Position numbers and translations under genes: made by a program. Of a DNA stretch of 64,000 nucleotides, positions 26,983 through 36,639 are shown one piece after another. Origin of the DNA: a virus (taxonomy: Duplodnaviria > Caudoviricetes); the IMG/VR virus record IMGVR_UViG_3300044655_001017; one strand, written 5' to 3'. Below the pieces are notes generated by a model that made no database searches, had not been told where the DNA came from, and saw only the letters and a list, made by a program, of their open reading frames with translations. Within the stretch, counting starts at the first letter, position 1, and every line of letters begins with the position of its first letter.

Positions 26983-27198
26983 TTAAAGTGATTGGATTGC
27001 TTGTTCTAAGTATGCAAAGGTAACTGTTTTTTTAGTACCCTTAGGTAATCCTAACAACTGGCAAGCTAAGGTGTTAGCTGATTTGCCGCGGCCCTTTAAT
27101 CCCTTAATCTCTAAGCCTAGTGCAGACTTTAAGGTTAGCAGTTTGTACTTGTTAATCTGTTCCGGGGTAGTTAAGGCGTACATTGTTGTGCTCCGCAT
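26983..27198 (-). CDS. Small basic hypothetical protein
   Basis: Behind hairpin promoter 27211. Confidence 0.6.
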   Translation of the reverse strand: MRSTTMYALTTPEQINKYKLLTLKSALGLEIKGLKGRGKSANTLACQLLGLPKGTKKTVTFAYLEQAIQSL

Positions 27199-27210
27199 TG
27201 TGTGTTAGTA

Positions 27211-27246
27211 AGTGCATAGTATAACATACTATGCACTGGTATGCAA
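27211..27246 (-). promoter_or_regulatory. Hairpin-type early promoter (representative of 8 copies)
   Basis: TTGCAT-N17-TATACT with inverted repeat AGTGCATAGT..ACTATGCACT over the -10. Confidence 0.75.
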
Positions 27247-27253
27247 GTGGTAA

Positions 27254-27451
27254 TTAAGCCGTACACTCTCTAAGTACAGTGAGGTTAGCAAGGCAATGGT
27301 TACACAAAGTTTCTAAATTTGACATTGCAGTATTACGAGGATTACCATCTTTAAACCATAAGATTAATTCAGGTTTACTAGCATTACACACATAGCCTAA
27401 ATTACTATCACAATGGTCTTTTCTTAATGATCTAAATTTTACAGCAGTCAT
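27254..27451 (-). CDS. Degenerate HNH-like Zn-binding protein
   Basis: KDGNPRNTAMSNLETLCNHC. Confidence 0.55.
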   Translation of the reverse strand: MTAVKFRSLRKDHCDSNLGYVCNASKPELILWFKDGNPRNTAMSNLETLCNHCLANLTVLRECTA

Positions 27452-27459
27452 GTTACCTC

Positions 27460-27942
27460 CTATAGTAGAGTTAAAATTGGGTCTGGCTTACATGGTTGAT
27501 CAATGCGCTCTAACGGCCTAAAGTAATTGCTAACAACCAACTTAAGATGGTTAGGCTTCTTAATTACAGAAGCTATAGTCGCAGAGGTACTGCCCATACG
27601 GCGCCCATATATCTCATCTATTGGAAAGTCTTCAGAGTCAACCCCAGAGTCCTGTAACTGCTCAATGAAGTCTTCTAATCGTTGTGCAGTGTCATCAGTG
27701 AACGTCTGTAGCCATGCTTTTTGTTTACAAATCATATCCCACACAATAACAGCTTCGTTGTGCCACATCTCATTAATTAAGACTTCAAGCCACTTAGCTT
27801 CGTGTGTGTTATGTTCTGCAAGCCATTGCCGATCCTTAAACAACGTGTTCCAATCAGCAAAGTCAGTTTTGATATTTACGTTAACTGTGTTTTTACTCAA
27901 AGTATGCTCCTTTTTGTTGTTAGTAAGTACATAGTATAACAA
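27460..27942 (-). CDS. Hypothetical protein
   Basis: True start probably TTG MSKNT near 27893. Confidence 0.6.
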   Translation of the reverse strand: MLYYVLTNNKKEHTLSKNTVNVNIKTDFADWNTLFKDRQWLAEHNTHEAKWLEVLINEMWHNEAVIVWDMICKQKAWLQTFTDDTAQRLEDFIEQLQDSGVDSEDFPIDEIYGRRMGSTSATIASVIKKPNHLKLVVSNYFRPLERIDQPCKPDPILTLL

Positions 27943-28146
27943 AATTGCTATTGGATAGCAATTGGTCCATATTCATTGCGTGTTGCGCGTTTTTTAAAAG
28001 CAATGCTACGCTATAACTTTATAATTTAAGCGTTGGACACCAGCGTTTAAAACGCGCATTTTTTAGTGGAAGTTGTTACAGTTTACACGTTAAAACGTGT
28101 AAAAATTATCTAAAAGTCGGACTATTTTGTGTAACCATTGTAGCCA

Positions 28147-28422
28147 TTAAGCTTCTGCCTCTTCCCAATGATAACTTATACTCGCATAGCCATTAGCCGC
28201 AGTGTTGTTTACAGCATTGTTTAAGTTAGTGATAAGAGACGCGATGCTCTTAGGTTTTTGATTGATCTTTTTGTTACCCGTTTCGTGTTGCCAGCTTGCG
28301 CCGCATTCCAATGTGTAAGCGTGTGCGTGGATTAGCACATCTAATTCTGCTGTTATCGCAGACGTAGTGCCGCTACGGTGACGAGTTGATACTACTCTAA
28401 ACATTTTTTTTGCTCTAGCCAT
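28147..28422 (-). CDS. Hypothetical protein
   Basis: Behind hairpin promoter. Confidence 0.65.
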   Translation of the reverse strand: MARAKKMFRVVSTRHRSGTTSAITAELDVLIHAHAYTLECGASWQHETGNKKINQKPKSIASLITNLNNAVNNTAANGYASISYHWEEAEA

Positions 28423-28491
28423 AAGTTACTCCGCAGTTGTTGTTAGTAAGCGCATAGTATAACAAACTATGCGCTGGTATGCAAATAGTAT

Positions 28492-28815
28492 TTAGATCAC
28501 TTGCCTAACTAACTTTGATAGTTCAAATGAATCATAATCAAACTTAAAAGAATCATCATCTTCATATGGCTTTATCAGTTCTGAATAATACTCATCAGAA
28601 ATATCGTCATAGTCAAGAAACTCTAATCTAATACCGTCATTGTGAGTTTTAAATACCGCAATTGTATGAATAGGAAGCCAACCTTGTATAAAACAGTTAT
28701 GTAGCAATTCAAAGTTGTTACTATCTACATAGTATCTGATAAATCCTTCTTCCTGTTTTGGATAATAAAGAACGTTACGTTCAACTAAGGTTGTTACAAA
28801 CTCTGATAGTTCCAT
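28492..28815 (-). CDS. Hypothetical protein
   Basis: Coupled operon 28492-29624. Confidence 0.6.
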   Translation of the reverse strand: MELSEFVTTLVERNVLYYPKQEEGFIRYYVDSNNFELLHNCFIQGWLPIHTIAVFKTHNDGIRLEFLDYDDISDEYYSELIKPYEDDDSFKFDYDSFELSKLVRQVI

Positions 28816-29108
28816 TATAAATAATCTCCCCAGCGGTTGGATAACAAGTTGTTACTGCCCATCATCATAATATCATAATTAAAGCTCTTAAAACTAGAGC
28901 CATCTAAGTGCCACGTATAGCCATAATCAACTGATGTAAAGTGTACTGATTCAGTATCGTCTTCAAGGTCTTCGTACAGCTTAACACTTACAATGGTGTT
29001 GTTGCGTAACTGAACTAATACACTACCTTGTTCTCTACACTTATCGGCTAACTTAGAAGTGAATACATTGTACTCGTCTTGTTTCACAGCCATTGCAGTG
29101 TTTATCAT
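28815..29108 (-). CDS. Hypothetical protein
   Basis: Coupled. Confidence 0.6.
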   Translation of the reverse strand: MINTAMAVKQDEYNVFTSKLADKCREQGSVLVQLRNNTIVSVKLYEDLEDDTESVHFTSVDYGYTWHLDGSSFKSFNYDIMMMGSNNLLSNRWGDYL

Positions 29109-29443
29109 TATGCACCTATATCGTCATTAAGTCTAGGATCAACAAATACGTGTCCGCAATTCTCACACGCTTTTCCGTTTACTACATCAGTTGGAATCTC
29201 TTCTCCGCAATCTGGACATACACTGCCTTCATACGACTCGCGTATTACACGCGATTGGACTTCTTTGTGTATTAACCATAACGCGCTTGCTACAGACTCA
29301 GTTGCTTCATCAATTGAAGTAATAAGCTCGTCATTAGTGCCACTAACTAGTGTATCATATACAGTGTCAAGTATCTCTAATACATCGTGTAGTTTGCTTG
29401 CAATGTCGTCATTGCTCATAGGACTAGTATTCGTAGACATCAT
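29108..29443 (-). CDS. Zn-ribbon protein
   Basis: CPDCG...CENCG. Confidence 0.65.
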   Translation of the reverse strand: MMSTNTSPMSNDDIASKLHDVLEILDTVYDTLVSGTNDELITSIDEATESVASALWLIHKEVQSRVIRESYEGSVCPDCGEEIPTDVVNGKACENCGHVFVDPRLNDDIGA

Positions 29444-29624
29444 ATCTCACTCTCTCAAAGTCATCATCAGCTTCGCGTGTGTCAAGTTCAATTGCAATCA
29501 TTTCCAGTTTAAGTTCATCGCCAACTGATCTTGATTGCATTTCACTGTACTGTTCAAACATGGCTTCAAGTTGTTCCCAACTCATAGCGGCTAGTTTGTT
29601 TTTGAATTGTTTGTAATAGTGCAT
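29424..29624 (-). CDS. Small acidic protein
   Basis: Promoter cassette upstream. Confidence 0.6.
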   Translation of the reverse strand: MHYYKQFKNKLAAMSWEQLEAMFEQYSEMQSRSVGDELKLEMIAIELDTREADDDFERVRYDVYEY

Positions 29625-29840
29625 AACTGCTCCTGTTGTGTTAAACTAAAAACATATTATAGCAAAAAGTTATTTGATTTGCAAATGGTATTTAAATCGT
29701 ATATAACAACACGCCGTTGCCCATATCAACTACGCCTGGTGCTGGAATAAGTTCATACTCATAAGAAGTGGTAGCATACATAAAGATTGCTAACAACACT
29801 AGGATTTCAATTAGGGTACGTTTAGTGAACATATGGTATA

Positions 29841-30065
29841 TTAATATGCCTTTGTGTAGTTGTGTCTGCTTAATGATGCAAAACGATTTACGCCATTAAT
29901 CCAAAATGGATCTGTTACTAGGCCATCGTTGTGTACTCGGTTAGCAAGTTTTTGAATTTGATCTGATTTTGGGGTAGGGGCGGCCCAAGAGGTGTCAAAC
30001 TCTAGGTCCATTACATATTTTTGATATATAGGCATTGAAGCCTTAATTGCTGAAATGTTTTGCAT
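29841..30065 (-). CDS. Hypothetical protein
   Basis: 74 aa, RBS. Confidence 0.5.
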   Translation of the reverse strand: MQNISAIKASMPIYQKYVMDLEFDTSWAAPTPKSDQIQKLANRVHNDGLVTDPFWINGVNRFASLSRHNYTKAY

Positions 30066-30127
30066 CTTATTTTCCTTTTGTGTATTTACCGCGCATAGCT
30101 TTCACTATGCGCTGGCATACAAGACTG

Positions 30128-30541
30128 CTAGTCGTCTTGTTCTATTGCAAGTTGTTTACCTAGTTCCCATACCCATGTGCTGCCATCTTCACCTTCCCAC
30201 ATAATCTGACCTTTGATTAAATGAGATGCATGTTTAAAGAACAAGTCCTCCTGGCCACGCTTGCTATCGTACTCGCAAATTAGCACGTTACCCTCGTGAT
30301 CAAGTACAGTCTCAAACCCTAACTCAGTAAGTACGTCTTCAACTGATGTAACTGTTAGATCATAATTTGACGGCATCCATGAATACCACCATACCTTCTG
30401 TTCACCCTTGCTCCAACTTCCGCCACGCTTAAGATGATTGTTCTCTGGCTTGTTAAGATCTTTCCAAATCTGCAACACCTCGTCACGATTCTCGTTTAGA
30501 ATAACTGCTGTTGAGTGTTTAATTTTTACACAATACCCCAT
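30128..30541 (-). CDS. Hypothetical phage protein
   Basis: 137 aa, GGAG RBS. Confidence 0.65.
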   Translation of the reverse strand: MGYCVKIKHSTAVILNENRDEVLQIWKDLNKPENNHLKRGGSWSKGEQKVWWYSWMPSNYDLTVTSVEDVLTELGFETVLDHEGNVLICEYDSKRGQEDLFFKHASHLIKGQIMWEGEDGSTWVWELGKQLAIEQDD

Positions 30542-30550
30542 GATGCTCTC

Positions 30551-30880
30551 CTAAGCGTAAATTAGTTCAATGCCGTATTTTGCACGGGCTTCGTTAATGT
30601 ATTCGTCAATGCCACTTAATGCAAAGATGTGTTGGTTCTCAACTACTTTAGCAGTAACCCTTGGATACTTGTGACTGTCAAGTTGGCGGCTATAGTCTTC
30701 ATACATTCTGTGTGTATAGAAGTTGCCCTCGCGTTTAGCAACGGATGCTGAAGTAACTACTGAACCCGATGCGCGTTTCATTGTTGTTAAAGTGAAGCAT
30801 AAGGTATCATCAAGCATTACACTTGATTCTGCTTTCCATACGCCGTGCATAGTTTTGCTAATTCTTGTTTCATGTAACAT
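30551..30880 (-). CDS. Hypothetical phage protein
   Basis: 109 aa, GGAGCG RBS. Confidence 0.65.
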   Translation of the reverse strand: MLHETRISKTMHGVWKAESSVMLDDTLCFTLTTMKRASGSVVTSASVAKREGNFYTHRMYEDYSRQLDSHKYPRVTAKVVENQHIFALSGIDEYINEARAKYGIELIYA

Positions 30881-31237
30881 AACGCGCTCCTAAATTACTA
30901 TTAAAGTGATTACTAATACTACTAAAATTGCATCCACAATAGCAAACCCTAATGTGTAGTCGCCTGATGGAAATAACTTGTTGCGTAACGATTGCATATT
31001 GTGCTCCTAATTGTTTGTTAGTAAGCGCATAGTATAACAAACTATGCGCTGGTATGCAAGTGGTAATTACTTCTTGCCTTCGAGCTGTAGCTCGTCGTAA
31101 CGTCCTAAGTTAAATGTCCATGTAGCATTACGATCATGTAACCAGTTAGCATACTTTGAAGGCATGAACATCATTAATGGGTGAACGATTACATTGTGAA
31201 CGAATTCTTTAAACCATTGTTTCATATTGTATTCCTC

Positions 31238-31519
31238 TTATTTGCTACGGGCCGCAACCCATACAGTAAATTCAGTTAGTGACATCTTATCATCTAACAC
31301 CATGTTATACACTTCTTCAACTGACAAGCCAGTGTTAACTTTGCTTGTTACTACTGGTACTAATGTAGTTAGGCCCACAATCATTGTTTTACCATTGTTA
31401 AACTCAATAGCTACATTCTTGCCGCCGGCTGGATGAAGCTCTCTAATTACTTGCAGGACTCCAGTTTCAACAATAACTGCATCACCTTTACGCAAATCGT
31501 TTACAAACTTATTAGCCAT
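31238..31519 (-). CDS. Hypothetical protein, SH3-like N-terminus
   Basis: DLRKGDAVIVE. Confidence 0.55.
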   Translation of the reverse strand: MANKFVNDLRKGDAVIVETGVLQVIRELHPAGGKNVAIEFNNGKTMIVGLTTLVPVVTSKVNTGLSVEEVYNMVLDDKMSLTEFTVWVAARSK

Positions 31520-31655
31520 TACACATCACCTTCTACAAGGAACCCTACTAATAGGTGTTCAGGAATAGCTGTTAACAGTTCTTCAATAGCTGTGTAGTCT
31601 TGGAACCTAACATCACTTACAATCTGTGCTAACGCTTTATCAACTAGTTCTTGAT

Positions 31656-31940
31656 TCATTCTGCATCCTCTTCTTCGTCTTCGTCTTCTTTAACTGGAGC
31701 AAGTTCTTCTGCTACTAACTTGTTCCATTCGCCTGAGTAGTCATTAGCTTTGATCCATTCAATCATTGCTTCAATGCAACCACTGTTGTCAGCTAGGAAG
31801 TTTTCTAATACGCCACCGTAGCCGCTATAGCCAATTGTTGTAATAATGTTCTTTAAATTGCGAACACCTCGCTCGCCTTCAAAGTGCCAAATGTCTTCTT
31901 GTTCAATGTACTGATCAAGTGTGTTACTAAATTTTGACAT
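31656..31940 (-). CDS. Hypothetical protein with acidic tail
   Basis: Own promoter. Confidence 0.65.
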   Translation of the reverse strand: MSKFSNTLDQYIEQEDIWHFEGERGVRNLKNIITTIGYSGYGGVLENFLADNSGCIEAMIEWIKANDYSGEWNKLVAEELAPVKEDEDEEEDAE

Positions 31941-32087
31941 AGTGTGCTCCAGTTATTGTGTAAGTAAAAACATATTATAGCAAACTGCTATTGATAACGC
32001 AAGTGGTATTTAAATCAATTACTCTCCATACTAACATAGCTAATACACCAAGCCATGCGATAAACATAAGAACCGTTAATGCTTTCA

Positions 32088-32276
32088 TTACATCACCATA
32101 TTTAATTTGTAACCACACTCTCTTGCTTTAGCCCTGGCTTTAGATATAGCCTGGGTCTTAGAATCACCTGTAAAGTAGAACTTATCCATACTAACTTGGT
32201 TGGGCACAGGTACATATAGTTTAACTGTGTACCCAGATGTTGAGTGTCTAATAACTTCTGCGTCTACTGGAATCAT
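32088..32276 (-). CDS. Hypothetical protein
   Basis: Coupled to 32273. Confidence 0.55.
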   Translation of the reverse strand: MIPVDAEVIRHSTSGYTVKLYVPVPNQVSMDKFYFTGDSKTQAISKARAKARECGYKLNMVM

Positions 32277-32632
32277 GCGTCAACCTCACTATCTAATTCG
32301 TAGTTCAATTCAAACAACTCGTTAGCTAACACTTCCTTAAAGTTTTGATACTTGTCATTTTCACTTGTGTTAATGTGAAAGTCAAAGTAATCTGCACGTC
32401 CGGGTTGGCTTTCAATTTTACGATCACCAATCTTAATGCTAAAGATGTTGTAGCTACCTTGGAAGTTAAAGCCCACACGTCCGTACTCTGTTAAGTCATC
32501 TGGACGTTGAATGCTCCAATAACCCATGTTGCTAACTGATTTAACAGTTACTGGTTCAAACCCATACTTTTCAAATGTGTTGTGGATGTCAGTAGTGATT
32601 TTATCTTGTATTGATGGCATAGTAAGCTCCAC
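32273..32632 (-). CDS. Hypothetical protein
   Basis: Own promoter. Confidence 0.6.
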   Translation of the reverse strand: MELTMPSIQDKITTDIHNTFEKYGFEPVTVKSVSNMGYWSIQRPDDLTEYGRVGFNFQGSYNIFSIKIGDRKIESQPGRADYFDFHINTSENDKYQNFKEVLANELFELNYELDSEVDA

Positions 32633-32693
32633 AGTTGTTTAAGTAAAAACATATTATAGCAAACTGCTATTGATAACGCAAGCGGTATTTAAA

Positions 32694-33128
32694 TCAATAC
32701 TCAATTGAACGTACAATGGTTACTTGATCGTCCATGCCAGTATTAAAGCGTTCTTCTTCGTTGTCATCCATATCTTCACCTATTCTAACATACTCGCCAT
32801 ACAGTATAGAATCTTCATCGTCTGTATTTTCAGTATCCTCTTCTCCAATCTCTTTAGCTTTCTTAAAGATGGCCTTAAAGTAATCTACTAATGGATATCC
32901 ATCGTACCATTTAACCCAGTGTGCAAAGAAGAAAAACGATGCTTCATCTTCATCATCTTCCCAAAGGCTACGATCTAAATTCTCTTCGGAATGAGCAATT
33001 AAGTTTCTAACATTTTCTTGTTGCTCATCGTCTAACTTAATCAACTCAGCATCAGCAAAGTCTTTTACCTTTTGTACTTTTTCTTTGTTACCATAGATCT
33101 TAATTGCAATGTCTGAACGATATCCCAT
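32694..33128 (-). CDS. Acidic hypothetical protein (MGYRSD...KWY...RIGE type)
   Basis: Behind hairpin promoter 33155. Confidence 0.65.
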   Translation of the reverse strand: MGYRSDIAIKIYGNKEKVQKVKDFADAELIKLDDEQQENVRNLIAHSEENLDRSLWEDDEDEASFFFFAHWVKWYDGYPLVDYFKAIFKKAKEIGEEDTENTDDEDSILYGEYVRIGEDMDDNEEERFNTGMDDQVTIVRSIEY

Positions 33129-33209
33129 TGTGTACTCCTAGTTGTGTGTTAGTAAGTGCATAGTATAACAAACTATGCACTGGTATGCAAGTAGTTTTTA
33201 TATCAAAGT

Positions 33210-33286
33210 TGGCCTGCCTAACGGGACTTGAACCCATAGCCTTTCCCTTAGGAGGGGAACGCTCTGTCCATTTGAGCTATAGGCAG
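33210..33286 (-). tRNA. tRNA-Arg(CCT)
   Basis: Full cloverleaf, TTCCC-CTCCTAA-GGGAA, TTCAAGT T-loop, encoded CCA. Confidence 0.9.
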
Positions 33287-33865
33287 TTATCGTTTACTTG
33301 ATAAACGACTCATATTCATACTGCTAGATGTTCTAGGAGCAGGGGTACTTGGACGTGGTGCATAACTAGAGGACTGCGATAGCTTGTTCATATCCATTCC
33401 ACTTGCTCTCGGTGCCGCAGGGGCTGGAGCTTGTACTACTGGAGAAGGGGGTGGTGCAAACGATGTAGTAGGTGCTGCAGGGGCTGGATGGTTATTTACA
33501 ATAACTGTCTTATGCTCTACAATACGTTCAGCCGGTGCGCTATTACTGCCGCCATTAAACCCACCTGACAATGCGTGCCCAATCAACGCACCTGTAGCCA
33601 AGTTAGTTAAGGTGTTATCTTGATGTGGGGCTTGTACTACAACAGGAGCTGCAGGCTGTTGAATAACTTGAGGCTGCGGTGCATACTGTTGGGGTTGTTG
33701 GAATTGTTGTTGGATCTGGGCCTGTTGTACTTGTTGGGCCTGGAGCTGTTGGATCTGTGCTTGTTGCTCTTTCATCAGCCTGGCTTGCTTTTCTTCAGCA
33801 CTCTCGCCACAAGCCGTTAATGCCAACGCTGTTATAATAGCTAATGCCAATGTAGTTTGTTTCAT
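33287..33865 (-). CDS. Q/P-rich lipoprotein
   Basis: Signal peptide II with lipobox LTAC; low-complexity Q/P tracts. Confidence 0.7.
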   Translation of the reverse strand: MKQTTLALAIITALALTACGESAEEKQARLMKEQQAQIQQLQAQQVQQAQIQQQFQQPQQYAPQPQVIQQPAAPVVVQAPHQDNTLTNLATGALIGHALSGGFNGGSNSAPAERIVEHKTVIVNNHPAPAAPTTSFAPPPSPVVQAPAPAAPRASGMDMNKLSQSSSYAPRPSTPAPRTSSSMNMSRLSSKR

Positions 33866-33875
33866 AGTGTCTCCG

Positions 33876-34091
33876 TTATAGTAATGGGAATATAAACGCG
33901 TTGAGCAGTAAGAATACACCGCCTACAATTAAGATAAATCCAAATACAATTTGGTTATCTAGTTTACACGTTTTATCTACTGACACTGGTTTAATGCCAG
34001 GCTTCATGTTCTCATGATTGTTACACCCTTGTCCGCAACATACCGGCTCTGCAGGTTTTGTTTTGTTTTTGTTAGTTTCTTTTAAGGCCAT
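33876..34091 (-). CDS. Small protein with C-terminal TM
   Basis: Own promoter. Confidence 0.55.
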   Translation of the reverse strand: MALKETNKNKTKPAEPVCCGQGCNNHENMKPGIKPVSVDKTCKLDNQIVFGFILIVGGVFLLLNAFIFPLL

Positions 34092-34306
34092 GCTACTTGC
34101 TCCTGTGTTGTAAGTAAAAATATATTATAGCAAACTGTTATTGATGTGTAAAGAGTTTATACGCTCTTTTCGTTGAGTATTTAGCGCGTGTTGTGTTGTG
34201 TATAGTGTAGCATTAAACACAAAAATACCCGCGTTAAAACGCAGGTATCCTATGCTTTTTTTTGGAGTTTTTTGTTGTATGCTATGTTTTACACAGCATT
34301 GTAAGA

Positions 34307-34458
34307 GGTACTTGAGGCCGGACTCGAACCGTGCGTCTCCCCGGGCATGCAGGGCAGTTTGATTGTACCTGACTATATCGCGATTATAGTGTTAACAGCA
34401 CAATGGTTACTGGGTGCGTGCAAATAGCACCAACTCTAGCCAACTGAGTTACTCAAGT
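34307..34458 (-). ncRNA. tRNA-like RNA with 9-nt anticodon loop and ~80-nt insertion
   Basis: Acceptor ACTTGAG/CTCAAGT, D-arm ACTC/GAGT, GGTGC/GCACC arm, GGTTCGAGTCC T-arm. Confidence 0.7.
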
Positions 34459-34514
34459 ATAATTTGTGAACTAACGCCTCACGGTTTGATAAATAACATG
34501 AGGGAAATAAAAAT

Positions 34515-35210
34515 ATGAAATTATGTAAAGAATGTTCAACACCTGTTACAAAACGAGATAATATATTTTGTAACCGATCCTGTGCCGCAAAGTATAACAA
34601 CCGTTCAAAAGATTATTCAACATTTAAATCAGGACCACAAACATTAGAATCAAAATTAAAAACATCGTTGGTTAGACGTGCTATCAATAAACAGAAACGT
34701 TCATTAACAGGACCATCAAAAAATTATCTATATGTCACTTCACAAACTGCAATCAAAGAGGCCATTGCTAATAATATACCATACACTAAAGTTTATCTAT
34801 GTAACTGCAAAAAGACAAACATTACTTGGTATTCAACTTCATGGAAATGTGTACATCCTTCTGTAATACAATCAAAAAGTGAATATAGATATCAATGTCG
34901 TTTTAACTTTTCATTATCTCAATTTAAAGATTGGTTTGATTACTCATCTACACTAATTGAAACATATGGTTGGTATTCTGCATCCAACAAACATAATAAT
35001 CTATCCGGATGCTCTCGAGACCATATGTACTCAGTTAGTGATGGATATGCAAACAATGTCAGTCCTGCTATTATTTCACATCCTGCTAATTGCGAAATAA
35101 AACCACATCGTTTAAATCAATCAAAACATTCAATCTCCTCTATTACCTTAGAGGAGTTACATACTCGTATTGCCAAATTTGATAAACAATACGCTAATTG
35201 GAGGAACTAG
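34515..35210 (+). CDS. HNH homing endonuclease with N-terminal Zn finger
   Basis: CKEC..FCNRSC; SRDH..S....HPANC....H..N; ATAAATA at 34489 upstream. Confidence 0.75.
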   Translation: MKLCKECSTPVTKRDNIFCNRSCAAKYNNRSKDYSTFKSGPQTLESKLKTSLVRRAINKQKRSLTGPSKNYLYVTSQTAIKEAIANNIPYTKVYLCNCKKTNITWYSTSWKCVHPSVIQSKSEYRYQCRFNFSLSQFKDWFDYSSTLIETYGWYSASNKHNNLSGCSRDHMYSVSDGYANNVSPAIISHPANCEIKPHRLNQSKHSISSITLEELHTRIAKFDKQYANWRN

Positions 35211-35273
35211 CCGAAGTTGCATCGGCACCGCAAGGTTTTGCAGACCTGCATACTGCTGTTATACTATAGTTCC
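35199..35273 (-). tRNA. tRNA-Cys(GCA)
   Basis: GGAACTA/TAGTTCC acceptor, CTGCAAA loop, U73, CCA; atypical T-loop TGCAACT. Confidence 0.8.
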
Positions 35274-35319
35274 ATTAAAAATGGCATGTCGCTGCCGACG
35301 ACATATAAAATGTATTAGG

Positions 35320-35393
35320 GGTGACTAGTGGGACTTGAACCCACAAAATCTCGAATCACAATCGAGGACGTCTACCAATTCCGTCATAGTCAC
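35320..35393 (-). tRNA. tRNA-His(GTG), CCA not encoded
   Basis: CTCGA-TTGTGAT-TCGAG, C73, GGGTTCAAGTCCC. Confidence 0.85.
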
Positions 35394-35435
35394 ACCTAAT
35401 ACATCTTTAAAATTGTTATGTGATAAAACATTCTG

Positions 35436-35507
35436 TGCCTCCCCTCAGGATCGAACTGAGATAGTAGAAATTATGAGTTTCCTGCATTACCTTTATGCTA
35501 AAGAGGC
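35436..35507 (-). tRNA. tRNA with CAT anticodon (elongator Met or Ile2), CCA not encoded
   Basis: GGAAA-CTCATAA-TTTCT, CTCAG-TTCGATC-CTGAG; lacks initiator features. Confidence 0.8.
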
Positions 35508-35648
35508 ACAGAATGTTCTAAAATAATCTTTGTAATCTATTTAGTTTTAAAAATAATGACGCCTACTTGATTAGAGTAGTTTAAAAGATGCAGTTCAATT
35601 CAATCAGGTATCACCTGCACTGCACCCTTACGTCATTTGTACTACTTT

Positions 35649-36134
35649 TTAGAAAGGTTGATCTTCTGTATCAACTTCTTCTTCAGCAACTGCATCTTCA
35701 TATACAGTTGGAGGAACAAGCCCTACTGACTCATACAAGTCAGTTAAGTCAACTGGAGTCTCTACAAGATCCTCAACTACCTCAGCTACTGCTTTTTTAA
35801 CTTTGGGCTCTTTAGGAGCTTTAGCTGGTTTTGGTGGCTTAGGAGATTTAGCTGATAAGAAGTCATCAAACGCTCGTTGTGCATCAATGTCCTCGTACTC
35901 TGCTAAGTCCTTAATAGCCTCAATTGCTTGTGCTTTTGTCATCGCAGACCCTAACTCCATTAAGCGGATGTCTGTGTGATGATTTTGCACTAATGTTTTC
36001 ACACGATCAATGTTGTTAGCAAAGCGAGCCTTGTACTCACCTTTTAAGCAAGATACCCCTGCAACAGTAAATGTTTTTTCCGCAGTTGTAGTAGCAGGAA
36101 CTGTAGATTCAATAGTTGTAGTCATTTTGTACAC
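35649..36134 (-). CDS. Paralog of 16826 with K/P-rich linker and acidic tail
   Basis: YKARFANNIDRVKTL..NHHTDIRL. Confidence 0.75.
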   Translation of the reverse strand: MYKMTTTIESTVPATTTAEKTFTVAGVSCLKGEYKARFANNIDRVKTLVQNHHTDIRLMELGSAMTKAQAIEAIKDLAEYEDIDAQRAFDDFLSAKSPKPPKPAKAPKEPKVKKAVAEVVEDLVETPVDLTDLYESVGLVPPTVYEDAVAEEEVDTEDQPF

Positions 36135-36217
36135 TCCTAAATAAAATTAAAAAAGTAAAGCAATTTAAAAAAACATATTATAGCAAATTAAAACTGACTT
36201 GTAAAGAACTATTTACA

Positions 36218-36592
36218 TCAGCTACCCCAACAAATAGTTGTTACAGGGTCATCGCTAACAAATTCAAACTCTGTGTCAAACCCAAGTTCTTCATAATGAC
36301 GATCGATGTTTTCTATAACATAGTCTAATATTTCTTGTGTCTGTGCTTCAACGTACACTGTATCTTTACCTTTAGTGTGCCGCCATACGCCAACATGGTG
36401 AACAACATCAACTTCACCGGATGTGTGGCCGTTTTCAGCTTTTAGTTTAATTACTCCGTTTATACGAGCAATCACAGACTCTGTTAGTTTCTCTATCATA
36501 ATAGCTTGAACCTCGCGGCCGAGTTCGATTGCTTGTATTGCAGTAAGTTCATTTAACATATTACGCTCCGCAGTTTGTGTAAGTAAAAACAT
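36218..36592 (-). CDS. Hypothetical protein (start probably MLNEL)
   Basis: Promoter cassette. Confidence 0.6.
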   Translation of the reverse strand: MFLLTQTAERNMLNELTAIQAIELGREVQAIMIEKLTESVIARINGVIKLKAENGHTSGEVDVVHHVGVWRHTKGKDTVYVEAQTQEILDYVIENIDRHYEELGFDTEFEFVSDDPVTTICWGS

Positions 36593-36639
36593 ATTATAGC
36601 AAACTTATTTTGGTGTTGCAAGTAGTAATTACTTCACTA

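Noticed and set aside
35588-35640. Fifth tRNA in the TGCAGT..CAGGT-ATC-ACCTG..ACTGCA segment
   Set aside because: No D-arm or T-loop consensus; just a small hairpin
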